IMG/VR virus record: IMGVR_UViG_3300024518_004461
Coordinates: 1-64,000 of that record
Direction: 5' to 3' (one strand)
Source of the DNA: a virus
DNA: 64,000 nucleotides
The first letter of the stretch is position 1. Every line of letters starts with the position of its first letter. Both the position numbers and the translations under genes were made by a program. Under the pieces are notes generated by a model. The model saw only the letters and a list, made by a program, of their open reading frames with translations, was not told the origin of the DNA and did not search any database. Below are positions 44,721 through 55,491 of this stretch, piece by piece.

Positions 44721-47700
44721 TTATGATTCGGTTGGGCCAGATGGTTCACAATCTGGTCTTACGAATGGTCCTCCTGTCGGATATTGTTTGGGTGGCGTAT
44801 TGGGTGGGCCATAAAAATTTAAAGCTGCTTCAGTCTGTGGTCCGTAATATCCATCCACCACAATCTTTGCGCATGTCTGAAATTGTCTTAAAAGTTCTCT
44901 ATTGTATAATAGGCGTTCTGATGCTAGAATGTTAGCGTGAACTTCTACCGCCAAATCATAACAGGGCTCTCCGCAAGGTTGTGGAGGGACAACTGGTTTA
45001 TCCGCGCAATCAGGAAGAATAAACGGACCACCACGAGGATATTGTTTTGGTGGAGTATTCGATGGTCCATAGAATTTTAAAGCTGCTTCAGTTTGTGGAC
45101 CGTATAATCCATCCACCACAATCTTTGCGCAGGTCTGAAATTCTTTAAGAAGGTTACGATCATACTGTCGCCTTTCAGTCGCGAAGATATTTAACCATAC
45201 TTGATCAGCCAGCCCTGAACAAAGTTCTTCACAGGGCTCCTCAACTACGGGAGGCTCTGGTACTGTTCCTGTGTCTTGCGCGAGCACTTCAGGCTTTGGA
45301 CAACCATCGACATTATTTGCTTCATCAAGCTTTATCTTTCCTGCACTTTTTTCTTTAATCCTTTTCTTTCTTAGTTCTTTTTCTTTTGGACTCAACAATG
45401 CTCCTGCGGCATCAGTAGCTAAGTATGCTATCCCCATTGGGGTTATGGGTGGACCCAAACCATAGGGCGGGGGAATAATGTTCATTGGTAATGCTAGGAG
45501 TGATGCGGCAAGCATTGGAATGTCTACATCTCCCAAGAGGGCAGCATCATGAATCTTCTTTGCAAGCGCAATGTTTGGATCGGCGGTTTCCGCCATTCCC
45601 TTTAGGATTAAGATAGGTGTCTTTGCCGCCAAGGAAAGCAAGTCGATGCCTGGTATTTCTTCGTTGTTATCCGCTAATGCAGCCAATCCTTTATTACCTC
45701 CTATCTTTTTCATAGTCTCGTTTTCGTATGTTGGATCATTCACATTGAGCATTGTATAAAATGTAGATTTTAATTGCTCTTTGGTGTTCGTGAATAGATT
45801 ATTAACACTTTTATTAAAGGTAAAGTATGTTGAACTATAAGTCATAAGCAAAAATACCATTCGCTTGAGAGGGAAACAATAATCAAACAAAAATTGGAAT
45901 TCTTCTTTGGCAATAAGTTTTTGTGTTAGTTCTTGTGAATAGCTTTGCCAAAAAACTTTCAAATCAGTTAGTTGTGGAATAAATTGCGAAACACTAATTT
46001 GTAGAAGCGAAGAAGGTATAACAGCAGTGACATCCAAAAGTGGTATAGTCTCAATAGCACGGTTTATACTTCGTGGGGGAGCCGTTACTTGTCTAGGACC
46101 ATTAACGGAATAAGTCGTAAACGTTGTCGCAGTTGTAATTTCCTCCTCTATAAGATTATATGCTTTGTACTGAATAGAAGATGCTGAAGGTGGTCTTGTA
46201 GGATCTGGTGCATCAGGGTTGCTCGTAGTAGAAGGAGGCGGAACATAAGTGAGTCTAAGTCCAATAGAAATTGGACCATCAAAGAAATTAGATAAAGGCT
46301 GTGCTTTCTCCTCTGGTGTTTTTGCGGAAAGAATATCCCTAAATCGTTCTAGGCTTATATCCCCCGAATCCCAAGCTATCGACGGATTTGTTTTGTCGGT
46401 TTTAGAAATATATCTCTCTAAAATTATATTACCATCTCCTAAATCGAAACTCTCTCGACTAAGAGCCGATACTGAGATGTTTTCAATTACGTCCGAAGAA
46501 ATATGATTTAAGGCTGTAAGATCAAAAAATCGACTTTCTCTATCGGTTGATGGCAAATCAAATAGAGGAAGCCAATTTTCTAAAAACATTTTTGCCAAAG
46601 ACGAATCAGAAAAATTTACACCAAGGATTTGTAACATTCGACTAATCACTGATCGTAGCTGTTGTGATACCAGATTATCTAGCGCAACTTTTACATCCCC
46701 GGTCTTAGTCCAATCATTTTCTTTGGCAATTTTATTATGATATAGAACTGCTTGAGTCTGAAAATCTATTGAGTATTTCTTATCTAATTTTCCTAGGTCA
46801 TCTATTATAAGGCTTGTAAAATAAGATTGGATGAGAGAATCAATTATTTTACTTTTATCATCTGGGGATTCTAAAGGGAATTTAGATAACACAAAAAGAG
46901 ATCTCAAAGAAAACTCTGTAAGGTACACACGAATAATTGTGGAGATAACTCCGCCGATACTAGCAGCGTCTAATGGGCTTGCCGATTCAGTGGCATCATC
47001 GCTCCGAATTGTTTTTCCACACTTAGATTCTTCAAACTCTTTAATAACCGACTTCTTTATCGACTCTAAATCTAATAAGTGGGGGTCAGGGCAGTGGCAC
47101 TCTTTTTGTTTTAAGGTTAGTTGTGGGGTGAAATCTACAAGAGACAATATATCCCTATTGAAAAAATCTGAAGTTGCTACTTCTTTACCGGCGTCAATGA
47201 AAATATCTTTAAAGGTGGAAGCATAATCTAGAGTATTGATGCTTTTCGCAATTCCCGTTCCATCGTAATATGAATCTTCAACAAATTTCTTAAAATCTGT
47301 TTTGGGACTAAAGGTAGTTGTATTCGCGAAGCCCTCTCTTATCCTCCTGACAGAGTCGATAAGAGGTGCGTTGGCATGAGAAGCATAGGTAAAAATAGTT
47401 GATGCTTGCGATCCCTCTGATCTAACAGACATATTATATCTCTCAACGCTAATGTCGTCGCTGGGTACTGGATCATATGTAATTATGAAATTTGTATTAG
47501 CATTTTGAGAGGCTATATGATCGGTTGATTTCCACTCATTTAGCTTAGCGGCATATTCTGCATTTGAACTATCCAACTGTGTTTTGTTGGGTATGGTAAA
47601 AATAAATTTAGTATCTTGATTTTGCAAAAGAGTATTGCCTTCGGCAAAACTTTCATAGAAACCTTTTAACTCGGGGGCAATTACTTTTAGTGATCCTGAC

Positions 47701-50700
47701 TTTGCTTGTTGTAGAACATTTACTGTTCCAGGGGGCGACAATTTAGGGTCCGATTGCTTTGGTGCCTCCGGCGCATCTGGAATTTCTGTGGGAGCTTCGA
47801 TCTCAACTGTAATTGCATCTGGAAAACTGCGAACTTCTTTATTGAAGCTCATATAGGTTCCATCATAGATCACATCCACTGTCTTCTTTAAAAGATAATC
47901 ATTTATTGGTGGTTCTTTTGGAGCAAGAGATGGTTTTTTTCTACCCGATGGAGTAAGGGTACAATCATCTTCAGGGATGACACCATCCATCAATTTATCT
48001 TGAGCCAATAAGTCAGCGAGTTCGGCAAACTTCTTCTTTTTTCTTTTCTTTGTGCGGGCTAATTGTTTTACAATCTCATCTTCAGGGATGCCTTTTTTTC
48101 TAAGTTCATTTCTTTCATATACTTCTTGAGGCGGATCACAAGCAACTAATAATTCTTTATCGGGATTTGAAGGAAGTGTTTGCTTTGTTAGTTCGGATAT
48201 CTTTTCAGTTAGGAGCACTTTATCCACCATAGTTCCAACATTAGAAAATAGGCGATTAATCTGCGCATCGGATTGCAAAGCGGGCGCAATTTGTGTATAT
48301 CTAGAATCGGAATTGATTATATTCTGGATCGCTCCCAAAACATTACCGGGAGATTCGCCCAATAATAAGCCACCCGTTTGGCCAGGCTTTAGGATTTCTG
48401 ATACATTATCTATTAAGTTTTCTAATGAGTTTGTGACTTGTGCGAATGGAACGTCAGTGGGTAATACGTCCTTTAGACCTCCTACAACTGAATTTTTTAG
48501 TTCTTGCATTTTCTCTGGCGAAAATGATGATTTAGCACTTTCACCAATTAGATTTCCTATATCTAAATCTCCAATCTTTCCTTGCTCGCAAGATTCACAC
48601 ACTGCTTTGATGGTGCTCTTCAAAAGAGACAAGGTAGCTTGAGATATAGCTTCCATGATAGTGTCGGCGATGCCAGTAGAAATACTCGCCAATAAATCAA
48701 CCGTAGGTGACAAGTCTAAATCAATAGTTGGTAATTCAGGTAATTCTCCGATAGGAACCATTTGAAAATTATCAAAATTCATAAGATCAAGTGAGAAATC
48801 TGGTATGTCAATGCCTAACCCATCCTTTACAATTTTCAATAACTTTTCATATAAACTTCCTGCAACATCAGATACATTATCGGCTATGTTGCTTACCAAA
48901 TCAGTAAAATCAATATTTCCTAATTTTCGGAAAATCATTTTCACTTCTTCGCAATCAAGATCACTCAAATTGATACCACTCAATTGTTGTATGTCAAAGT
49001 TGCGACTGTCAAAGTTAATTCCCTGAAGTGTTGTGAAGATATCAGCCATTTGCGAAAGTTTATTTTTTGCTGGTAACAAATTAAAATCTATATCCACTCC
49101 AAAGTCAATAGAGTCTATTTGTGAAGTATCTAGTGTTGATAAAATTTGAAAAGGCGTAATCAACTTCGACCAGTCTATACCACCCATCAAACTCCACTTT
49201 ATGTCTGGTATATTTTGTATATCCTGTGAAAAATCTATACTCCACAATTGCCTCCAAGTGATGGGGGCTCCAACGCCAGGATTAAAATTCAGTTCACAAA
49301 TATTATTAAAAATATTACTTAATTGACTAAAATCAATATTCTTGAGATTGCTTATTATATCCAGAAAGGAAGTGTCTAAATCTAGTGAGACGGACAAACT
49401 ACCAATATCATCTAAATTTATTTGGTTAAGTATTTCAACTACTTGATCAAGAATATCTCCTTTGTCTTGGTCGCATACAGCATAAAGCAAAATATCAAAA
49501 AGATTTTGTCTCTCAAAAAAGGAAACAAGATCTTGAGGACTCCATTGTTCTATAACATCCACGATGTCTTCGATCTGCTGTGGCATTTTTATACTAGTGC
49601 TAGTGATTGTACTCGATGAAGACTCAACGCCAATATAATTGGTTGCTAAATTTATTTCAGGAGTCTTTAGGATCAAATTTAATTGGCTAGCCGGTAAAGC
49701 AGATATAACCGTTCGGGCTTGACTCTTTAGTAAATTTGCTATCTTATCAATTTTCCAGAATTCAGTTATATTAGGTCCACGCTCAATGCCTGTCATATCA
49801 ATTACAGTATCTATAAGGCTCAAAAACATATTACAGTCTAACTGTTTTATGAAAGCCATTAACATGACTTCCTTCAAGTCAAGAATTGGCAAATCTATTC
49901 CAGCGCATTGTGCTGCTTTTTTAATCAAACCCCGCAGACCATATTTATTTAAAATCTCTTGATAGGCTTGAGGTAATGTTTGAATTAGGTCTATGTCGCC
50001 ACAGGGACCAGGCTCGCCAGATGATCGCGAACTATCAGGGTCATCATCCGATAATTCACCGGGAGGCAAAAGTGGTTCACTTGACGGGTTTTTCTTTGGA
50101 CCAATAGTGCTTCCAACAAATTTGGCATCACCTTTATTTTGATTGGAGGCACACTCTCGAATAGTGCAATTCTCATTAAGTTCTTTATCTTCCCAATCTT
50201 TATATGTTTGAGAAACTATCGCATCAACTTTCACATCCGGTAAAGGACACAAAAGAAGTGAGTTTTTCATATCTGGAATACCAGTTGCTTTTGATATTGC
50301 AGCGCAACCGGAAGGTCCGGTCGCGGTTGGGGGTGGTCCTTGTCTTGGGGGTGACGGCTCGCCTTCTTTTATTTCGTCAATTTCATCTTCAGGTGTATCT
50401 TCATCATCACACTCACAACAATCATCTTTTGGTTTTTCTGGTATTGGTTTTTCAAGACCTAGTACAATCTTTAAAACCTTCTTTATATCTGTGCTTGCAA
50501 AACTCGGTAACTCCAACAAAGATAAGACTTCATCAAAAGATATGCGGAAAAGAATAGCATTTTTAAAAGCATCCGTAGAAGCAATATTTTTATCTTCTAC
50601 TGTTATTTTATCTAGGATGTCTACTACTTGAGAAAACTTTTCTAATGCCTCTGATTCTATATTTTCAACAAATAAATTCTGTAAAATAGAGTTGGCGGCA

Positions 50701-50900
50701 CGAATGGTGTCGATGCCTAAAGTTTCGCTCTGAACTAATTCTTTTCCTGTCTTTCCTTGTAAGTTGGTTACAACAGAATCAGAAGTCAATACAGATGAAT
50801 AAAAAAATCCACCACCACCTTGATTAGTGTTAGTTTGCGAACCCCATACCGTTTCTTCGCTTTCCCATTTTGGGGTTATTTTTTGGATTATCTCTGACAT
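44721..50900 (-). CDS. giant baseplate/tail-associated protein with two C-terminal peptidoglycan-binding repeats
   Basis: 2059 aa; twice FQTCAKIVVDG(L/Y)YGPQTEAAL (PG_binding_1-like DGxxGpxT). Confidence 0.7.
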   Translation of the reverse strand: MSEIIQKITPKWESEETVWGSQTNTNQGGGGFFYSSVLTSDSVVTNLQGKTGKELVQSETLGIDTIRAANSILQNLFVENIESEALEKFSQVVDILDKITVEDKNIASTDAFKNAILFRISFDEVLSLLELPSFASTDIKKVLKIVLGLEKPIPEKPKDDCCECDDEDTPEDEIDEIKEGEPSPPRQGPPPTATGPSGCAAISKATGIPDMKNSLLLCPLPDVKVDAIVSQTYKDWEDKELNENCTIRECASNQNKGDAKFVGSTIGPKKNPSSEPLLPPGELSDDDPDSSRSSGEPGPCGDIDLIQTLPQAYQEILNKYGLRGLIKKAAQCAGIDLPILDLKEVMLMAFIKQLDCNMFLSLIDTVIDMTGIERGPNITEFWKIDKIANLLKSQARTVISALPASQLNLILKTPEINLATNYIGVESSSSTITSTSIKMPQQIEDIVDVIEQWSPQDLVSFFERQNLFDILLYAVCDQDKGDILDQVVEILNQINLDDIGSLSVSLDLDTSFLDIISNLKNIDFSQLSNIFNNICELNFNPGVGAPITWRQLWSIDFSQDIQNIPDIKWSLMGGIDWSKLITPFQILSTLDTSQIDSIDFGVDIDFNLLPAKNKLSQMADIFTTLQGINFDSRNFDIQQLSGINLSDLDCEEVKMIFRKLGNIDFTDLVSNIADNVSDVAGSLYEKLLKIVKDGLGIDIPDFSLDLMNFDNFQMVPIGELPELPTIDLDLSPTVDLLASISTGIADTIMEAISQATLSLLKSTIKAVCESCEQGKIGDLDIGNLIGESAKSSFSPEKMQELKNSVVGGLKDVLPTDVPFAQVTNSLENLIDNVSEILKPGQTGGLLLGESPGNVLGAIQNIINSDSRYTQIAPALQSDAQINRLFSNVGTMVDKVLLTEKISELTKQTLPSNPDKELLVACDPPQEVYERNELRKKGIPEDEIVKQLARTKKRKKKKFAELADLLAQDKLMDGVIPEDDCTLTPSGRKKPSLAPKEPPINDYLLKKTVDVIYDGTYMSFNKEVRSFPDAITVEIEAPTEIPDAPEAPKQSDPKLSPPGTVNVLQQAKSGSLKVIAPELKGFYESFAEGNTLLQNQDTKFIFTIPNKTQLDSSNAEYAAKLNEWKSTDHIASQNANTNFIITYDPVPSDDISVERYNMSVRSEGSQASTIFTYASHANAPLIDSVRRIREGFANTTTFSPKTDFKKFVEDSYYDGTGIAKSINTLDYASTFKDIFIDAGKEVATSDFFNRDILSLVDFTPQLTLKQKECHCPDPHLLDLESIKKSVIKEFEESKCGKTIRSDDATESASPLDAASIGGVISTIIRVYLTEFSLRSLFVLSKFPLESPDDKSKIIDSLIQSYFTSLIIDDLGKLDKKYSIDFQTQAVLYHNKIAKENDWTKTGDVKVALDNLVSQQLRSVISRMLQILGVNFSDSSLAKMFLENWLPLFDLPSTDRESRFFDLTALNHISSDVIENISVSALSRESFDLGDGNIILERYISKTDKTNPSIAWDSGDISLERFRDILSAKTPEEKAQPLSNFFDGPISIGLRLTYVPPPSTTSNPDAPDPTRPPSASSIQYKAYNLIEEEITTATTFTTYSVNGPRQVTAPPRSINRAIETIPLLDVTAVIPSSLLQISVSQFIPQLTDLKVFWQSYSQELTQKLIAKEEFQFLFDYCFPLKRMVFLLMTYSSTYFTFNKSVNNLFTNTKEQLKSTFYTMLNVNDPTYENETMKKIGGNKGLAALADNNEEIPGIDLLSLAAKTPILILKGMAETADPNIALAKKIHDAALLGDVDIPMLAASLLALPMNIIPPPYGLGPPITPMGIAYLATDAAGALLSPKEKELRKKRIKEKSAGKIKLDEANNVDGCPKPEVLAQDTGTVPEPPVVEEPCEELCSGLADQVWLNIFATERRQYDRNLLKEFQTCAKIVVDGLYGPQTEAALKFYGPSNTPPKQYPRGGPFILPDCADKPVVPPQPCGEPCYDLAVEVHANILASERLLYNRELLRQFQTCAKIVVDGYYGPQTEAALNFYGPPNTPPKQYPTGGPFVRPDCEPSGPTES
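44745..45240 (-). repeat. tandem duplication (period 258 nt) encoding Cys-flanked PG-binding modules
   Basis: Near-identical DNA blocks starting at 44821 and 45079. Confidence 0.85.
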
Positions 50901-50901
50901 C

Positions 50902-51849
50902 TTAATTCAAATAATGATAACGACTGAAAATTGCTCGCGCTCCTGTAACACATAAGTAATTGGTTTTTATTTTTTCTATATTTTGCTTTTGTGTAACTAG
51001 ACCTGCTTTGGCATTTTGTAAATGATCGACTGCTGTTTTTGCTCCTCTGGCTTGTACCGGAGGAGAGGGCGTCGTGGCTAAACCATGAAATGGGGAAAAG
51101 TGAAAATGATGAGAAACTTCTGCATTCATTAGCATTTGTGCGGATAATAAAGAATCCACAATTCCATTCAACGCACTTACCTGATCTGCCAAGGCTCTGC
51201 CCATATCGGCGACTTGATTTCCTAAGACCATAGGGTGCATATTGCTGTCATCATCTCCAGCGATCATACTTACTCCCTCAACACCATCTATTGTTCCTCC
51301 TTGAGAATTACGAACATCAGTACGAGTCACCAACTTAATTCCCTCACGCGCTATAATTCTAACACCATCAGCCTTTAGTGCAATTGCAGATTTACCGTCC
51401 GAATCTGTAGACTGATTTCCCCCGGCAAGTCTAAAATTTCGATCTATATCGGTTTTTTGGCTTATGTATATTCGGGCAGCATCGTGTTCAAATGAAGGAT
51501 TCACATAGGCTCTTTCATTCCCAATGAAAGAACGAGCTTGAAATCCCCACCGACCAACAACAATATCAATAGATCCGGCTTGAGTATGACCAGCGCCGCC
51601 ATACCCACTAAGACGGGTTGAGGGTCGATCCCTACCTAAAACAATACTGGTGTTGTTTGATCCCTCAATTACTTTTTCAGAATTTGTAGGAATTAGGGTA
51701 GGAACGCCCTCGGTTAATGGATCACCAGCAATACCTTGAGCGCGAATTGTAGAGTCTTTTCCTAACGATTCTAATCGTTCTTTTACACTTGGCTGAATTT
51801 CATTTCGCCCTGATTTTGAAACTGATTTATTCCAATTACTTTCGGTCAT
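50902..51849 (-). CDS. baseplate spike-like protein (gp5 C-terminal/gp138-like)
   Basis: Beta-helix-like IVLGRDR..ARIYISQKTDID..IALKADGVRIIAREGIKL; HHFH apex-type HxH motif. Confidence 0.6.
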   Translation of the reverse strand: MTESNWNKSVSKSGRNEIQPSVKERLESLGKDSTIRAQGIAGDPLTEGVPTLIPTNSEKVIEGSNNTSIVLGRDRPSTRLSGYGGAGHTQAGSIDIVVGRWGFQARSFIGNERAYVNPSFEHDAARIYISQKTDIDRNFRLAGGNQSTDSDGKSAIALKADGVRIIAREGIKLVTRTDVRNSQGGTIDGVEGVSMIAGDDDSNMHPMVLGNQVADMGRALADQVSALNGIVDSLLSAQMLMNAEVSHHFHFSPFHGLATTPSPPVQARGAKTAVDHLQNAKAGLVTQKQNIEKIKTNYLCVTGARAIFSRYHYLN

Positions 51850-51854
51850 TTCTT

Positions 51855-53912
51855 TTATACTCCTCCACTTCTTATTTGTGCTAAATTAGCTCTCTTTGTT
51901 GGTTCGTGTTGCCAATGCCAATGTTCTATTTTAATTTGACGAAATCCATATTTTCCGCCATTCTTGTTTAGCCATTCCCACACATCCCCCTGGCCTGTAC
52001 TTACTTTTGTTCTGCGGCGAATTGCTTTATCGTTTGGAATACCTTTTGTATTTAAATCAAGAGCCACACCACTTTGATGGTTTGAGAAACCTGGCTTTGC
52101 CGCCTTGTTTCCTGTCCCATTTAAGTATTTACAATAAAAATATTCCTGTTCTTCTGGAAGGCGGAAGGCACTATTGATTTTAATATTCACTCCCACCCGT
52201 TTTGCATCAGACTGCATTCGTAAAAATGCTTGCGCTACTCGCGCATCCAAAATATGCTTTCCAATATATTGTGCTTCGAAGTTGTATTCCTTTCCTCTTA
52301 TTATTCCTTTTTGAGTCCAGGTGCCACTCGATGTTGGAGTTGGTCGCGAAGGTCTTACACACAAGCCATCTGATTGACCCGGAACATTCGAAGGAATAGA
52401 ACTGTCCGAACAAATCGTATCGCCGGTAGTAGAAGACGCATTTGTAATAGTATCTGGAGACGATGTGGGACCAGCAGATGTGTTTGAAAACCTTTCATAT
52501 GCCTTTTTTAATTTGGGAGAATAAGAGCTAACTTGAGCACTGCCATTATAAATTCTAACAACCGCATCGAAATTTGGTGGAGAATAAGTAAATGCTTTGC
52601 GCTTCCTCGACGACCTGAAAGCATCTTTGAACCACTGAACAATCATAAGATCACCAGAAGTAATAGGATCGGCATCATATCCCGCAAGAGCTTCTGAAGG
52701 ATTGTCTCCGTAAGCTCGAAGGAGTGCCCATCCCATTACCTGATAACTTCCCCATGAAGTTGATTTTATCGCTTGAACTGGATCTAGGTTGTATGCCCGA
52801 TCAAACGCGGCACGATTCGTATGAGATTTTTTCTTATCAATAAAAAAATCCCTCCCACTTGATCCTTTTTTTTTATTCTTTGGGTGCGATGCCCATTCTT
52901 CTTTAGAACGAGTATTGTATTTAGAGCTATAGGGCACTTTTTTGCTTCCGGTATAGTTAGGTCCGCCATATAAACTAGGCTTAGACCCCTTATCACCCGT
53001 TACAATGGCGGGGCCACGCATACCCAAAAAAACATGAGGTTCAAATCTAACCGTATTTTTTGTGGGAGTTCTACCTGAACTTTCAACTTCCATAAATGCG
53101 TATAATAGTGAAACTGGAACCCCAATGCCGGTTTCTGATTTTATCAAAGAAGCTACATTTTGTGCGCGGGCTAATTTAGAATCACCAGCGGAAGATGGTG
53201 ATAATCGTCCGCCTGGTGAAGCGGCAGAGAGGTAGCCACCGGATGAAGCTTCACATCCTCTTATAAACGGTGCGTTAGTTGGTGGCGTAGTAGAGCTTCC
53301 GTTGCCGCGAAGTCCATTAGAGGCACCAAACGCACTTGAACCGTCATTACTCTGGTCTGGATCATAAATGCCATTTTTAGTTGGATTAGTTGTTCCCGCA
53401 GTTCCAGCACCATCGGCAAACTTCTTGATGTATACAGGTTGTGTTAAGTTGTTTTTATCCGCAAAATCTACAATCACAATATCTCCTACAGAAATATTTT
53501 CCTTACTTGCGGCTTCATCGTTGGCAGTAAAAGTCGGATACAGATCAATGATGCCTTGGTGTGGACCCTTCGGCACATCCCCATATAAAGCAGGTTCGGG
53601 GAGGGCTGAATGAATTTCTGGTATCCTGACTTTAAGTTGCTTGAGTGGCTTCGTAATCATCCCCTTCAGGGAAGACCAAATACTGTTGGCAGAATTATCA
53701 TGCCCTGGTTCAACTCTCAAAACAATTCCCTTAAGTTGTCCAACATTTTCAAATACTTTATTATTATACTGATCTTTGAGAACGTTGCGTAATGCGCCCA
53801 TGACTGTGGTGTCAGTAGGATCGTATGTTATTGCCGTATTTGGTTTTTCTATTTGATTTAGATCACCGAATCCCGGTCGAAGGCGTGTGTTCTTTGGTTT
53901 AGGGTCCGCCAC
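51855..53912 (-). CDS. baseplate hub lysin: gp5-like OB fold plus N-acetylmuramidase (DUF3380-like) plus M15 peptidase
   Basis: LKVRIPE..VGDIVIVDF (OB fold); EVESSG, FEPHVF, STSWGSYQVMG, YNG (muramidase); INSAFR, PGFSNHQSGVALD, EHWHW (VanY/M15). Confidence 0.82.
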   Translation of the reverse strand: MADPKPKNTRLRPGFGDLNQIEKPNTAITYDPTDTTVMGALRNVLKDQYNNKVFENVGQLKGIVLRVEPGHDNSANSIWSSLKGMITKPLKQLKVRIPEIHSALPEPALYGDVPKGPHQGIIDLYPTFTANDEAASKENISVGDIVIVDFADKNNLTQPVYIKKFADGAGTAGTTNPTKNGIYDPDQSNDGSSAFGASNGLRGNGSSTTPPTNAPFIRGCEASSGGYLSAASPGGRLSPSSAGDSKLARAQNVASLIKSETGIGVPVSLLYAFMEVESSGRTPTKNTVRFEPHVFLGMRGPAIVTGDKGSKPSLYGGPNYTGSKKVPYSSKYNTRSKEEWASHPKNKKKGSSGRDFFIDKKKSHTNRAAFDRAYNLDPVQAIKSTSWGSYQVMGWALLRAYGDNPSEALAGYDADPITSGDLMIVQWFKDAFRSSRKRKAFTYSPPNFDAVVRIYNGSAQVSSYSPKLKKAYERFSNTSAGPTSSPDTITNASSTTGDTICSDSSIPSNVPGQSDGLCVRPSRPTPTSSGTWTQKGIIRGKEYNFEAQYIGKHILDARVAQAFLRMQSDAKRVGVNIKINSAFRLPEEQEYFYCKYLNGTGNKAAKPGFSNHQSGVALDLNTKGIPNDKAIRRRTKVSTGQGDVWEWLNKNGGKYGFRQIKIEHWHWQHEPTKRANLAQIRSGGV

Positions 53913-53914
53913 AT

Positions 53915-54220
53915 TTATTCACCTAGATTGTTGAGTTCGTTAAAAATTTCATCGCGTTCTTCAGAAGACAAGCCCGTATCGTCCTTTTCACTTTTTTGTT
54001 TTAGTCCAGCAATTTTAACCAATTGCTCGTTTGAGCGTTGTAAAGTTTCAACATACTTCGCTGCGGTTACACCAACATCACGATGACGATCTTCGGAAGC
54101 AGCAATATATTTTACCAAGTCTTTTAAGAGTTCTTTTGTTTGTTCTCTGTCTTCTCTGATATTGTCAATCGCTTCGCTAGTAAGTGTATCAAAATCTGTT
54201 TTTGTCTTTACTCGTTCCAT
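53915..54220 (-). CDS. hypothetical helical protein
   Basis: 101-aa ORF between the sigma factor and the hub gene. Confidence 0.7.
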   Translation of the reverse strand: MERVKTKTDFDTLTSEAIDNIREDREQTKELLKDLVKYIAASEDRHRDVGVTAAKYVETLQRSNEQLVKIAGLKQKSEKDDTGLSSEERDEIFNELNNLGE

Positions 54221-54891
54221 CTTTTTTTAAAATTAGAATAATCACTTCTAAAGCGCTGAAGGCTATTGAGAACCTGCTTCGTGTTTAGATTTGTGATTTC
54301 TCTAATGTATAAATAAATAGCCTTCTTATTGAAAATTTCAATCACATCTGGTTCAGCGAGCAAGATCTTAATTGCTTTCAAAACCTTGACTTCGTTTTCT
54401 TTCAGATTTTGTTTTTCCCACCTATAGATCTCTTTCCATAGATGTTCCATATATTCTCTCCATTCCCTGACCTCATCGTAATCATTATATACAGCTAGGT
54501 GCCTGGACTCTGCATTTTTGGATATATCTTCATATGCTGATTCTCTACGAAGTTGGATCGCTGTTTTTTTGACTTTGGCAATAAACCAGTTCTTTGTTAT
54601 AACACTGAAATAGGAAAACGCTTTAGATCCTTTAGTGGCATCAAAATTACTCAATATGGTTATAAGATGGATTTCACACTCATCTTTCAGCATGGATACA
54701 TTAGGTAGGTTGGTAAACTTATATGTAAAAACAATTTTGTTTATCATTTCTAGAAAAACAGGTCGAATCACATCACGATAAACAGTATTCCGATATTTCA
54801 TATTATCTGAAGCGATATAGTCCAAAATTGCCTTCTCATGAACAATGGTAAAATATTTTTTACTTTTACGCTTCGAGTTCTTCTTCGTCAC
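54208..54891 (-). CDS. late-transcription sigma factor (T4 gp55-like)
   Basis: KKYFT N-terminus; NFDATKGSKAFSYFSVITKNWFI region-2-like motif. Confidence 0.8.
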   Translation of the reverse strand: MTKKNSKRKSKKYFTIVHEKAILDYIASDNMKYRNTVYRDVIRPVFLEMINKIVFTYKFTNLPNVSMLKDECEIHLITILSNFDATKGSKAFSYFSVITKNWFIAKVKKTAIQLRRESAYEDISKNAESRHLAVYNDYDEVREWREYMEHLWKEIYRWEKQNLKENEVKVLKAIKILLAEPDVIEIFNKKAIYLYIREITNLNTKQVLNSLQRFRSDYSNFKKRWNE

Positions 54892-55228
54892 TTTCCATAT
54901 CCTCCGATGCCTGAAGTAATTGTTGCTCTAGTTCTGGCTGTGTAAAGGAATAAATTTCTTCATACCCTTTGAGATATTCTATCATCTCGTTTGTGTGGTC
55001 GAGGAGGGACTTTAGTGTTTCATCACCATAAAAGGTCGGCATTTCATAAACAGAATTTAAGTGTTCTCTGAACGCATCCATCAAGCTAAAAATTTCAGTG
55101 CTTGCTTCGGCGGCATTATAAACCGTCTCGATCTTCACCAAGGTATTTTTAGCATAGCCAAACATAAAAATATTAATGAGAACAGAAATTCCCGCAAATA
55201 CCGAAAGAGAAATTATCACATAACTCAT
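54866..55228 (-). CDS. membrane-anchored hypothetical protein
   Basis: N-terminal TM; VYEMPTFYGDETL. Confidence 0.65.
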   Translation of the reverse strand: MSYVIISLSVFAGISVLINIFMFGYAKNTLVKIETVYNAAEASTEIFSLMDAFREHLNSVYEMPTFYGDETLKSLLDHTNEMIEYLKGYEEIYSFTQPELEQQLLQASEDMESDEEELEA

Positions 55229-55491
55229 TTTTTATACCTCCTGGTTTTCAAGTCAGATTGATCCTGCTTCAGTTCTTCTTTCGCTTCAGCGATGGCACTC
55301 TCAACAACGCTTCCAGCTTTAGAATCTCCACGAATTTTAGAATCTTTTTGGGCTATAAAGATCTCGCTTGGTATGCGGGCGATATAACCATCTTCTCCAC
55401 AATTTTTACAAATTGTATAAGTTTCATGCAAGGAGTGGAAAATCTCAAAATGTGAATCGCACTCGCTACAATTATAAGAATACCTAGGCAA
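55225..55491 (-). CDS. FmdB-family zinc-ribbon protein
   Basis: MPRYSYNCSEC..FEI...CKNCG. Confidence 0.85.
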   Translation of the reverse strand: MPRYSYNCSECDSHFEIFHSLHETYTICKNCGEDGYIARIPSEIFIAQKDSKIRGDSKAGSVVESAIAEAKEELKQDQSDLKTRRYKK

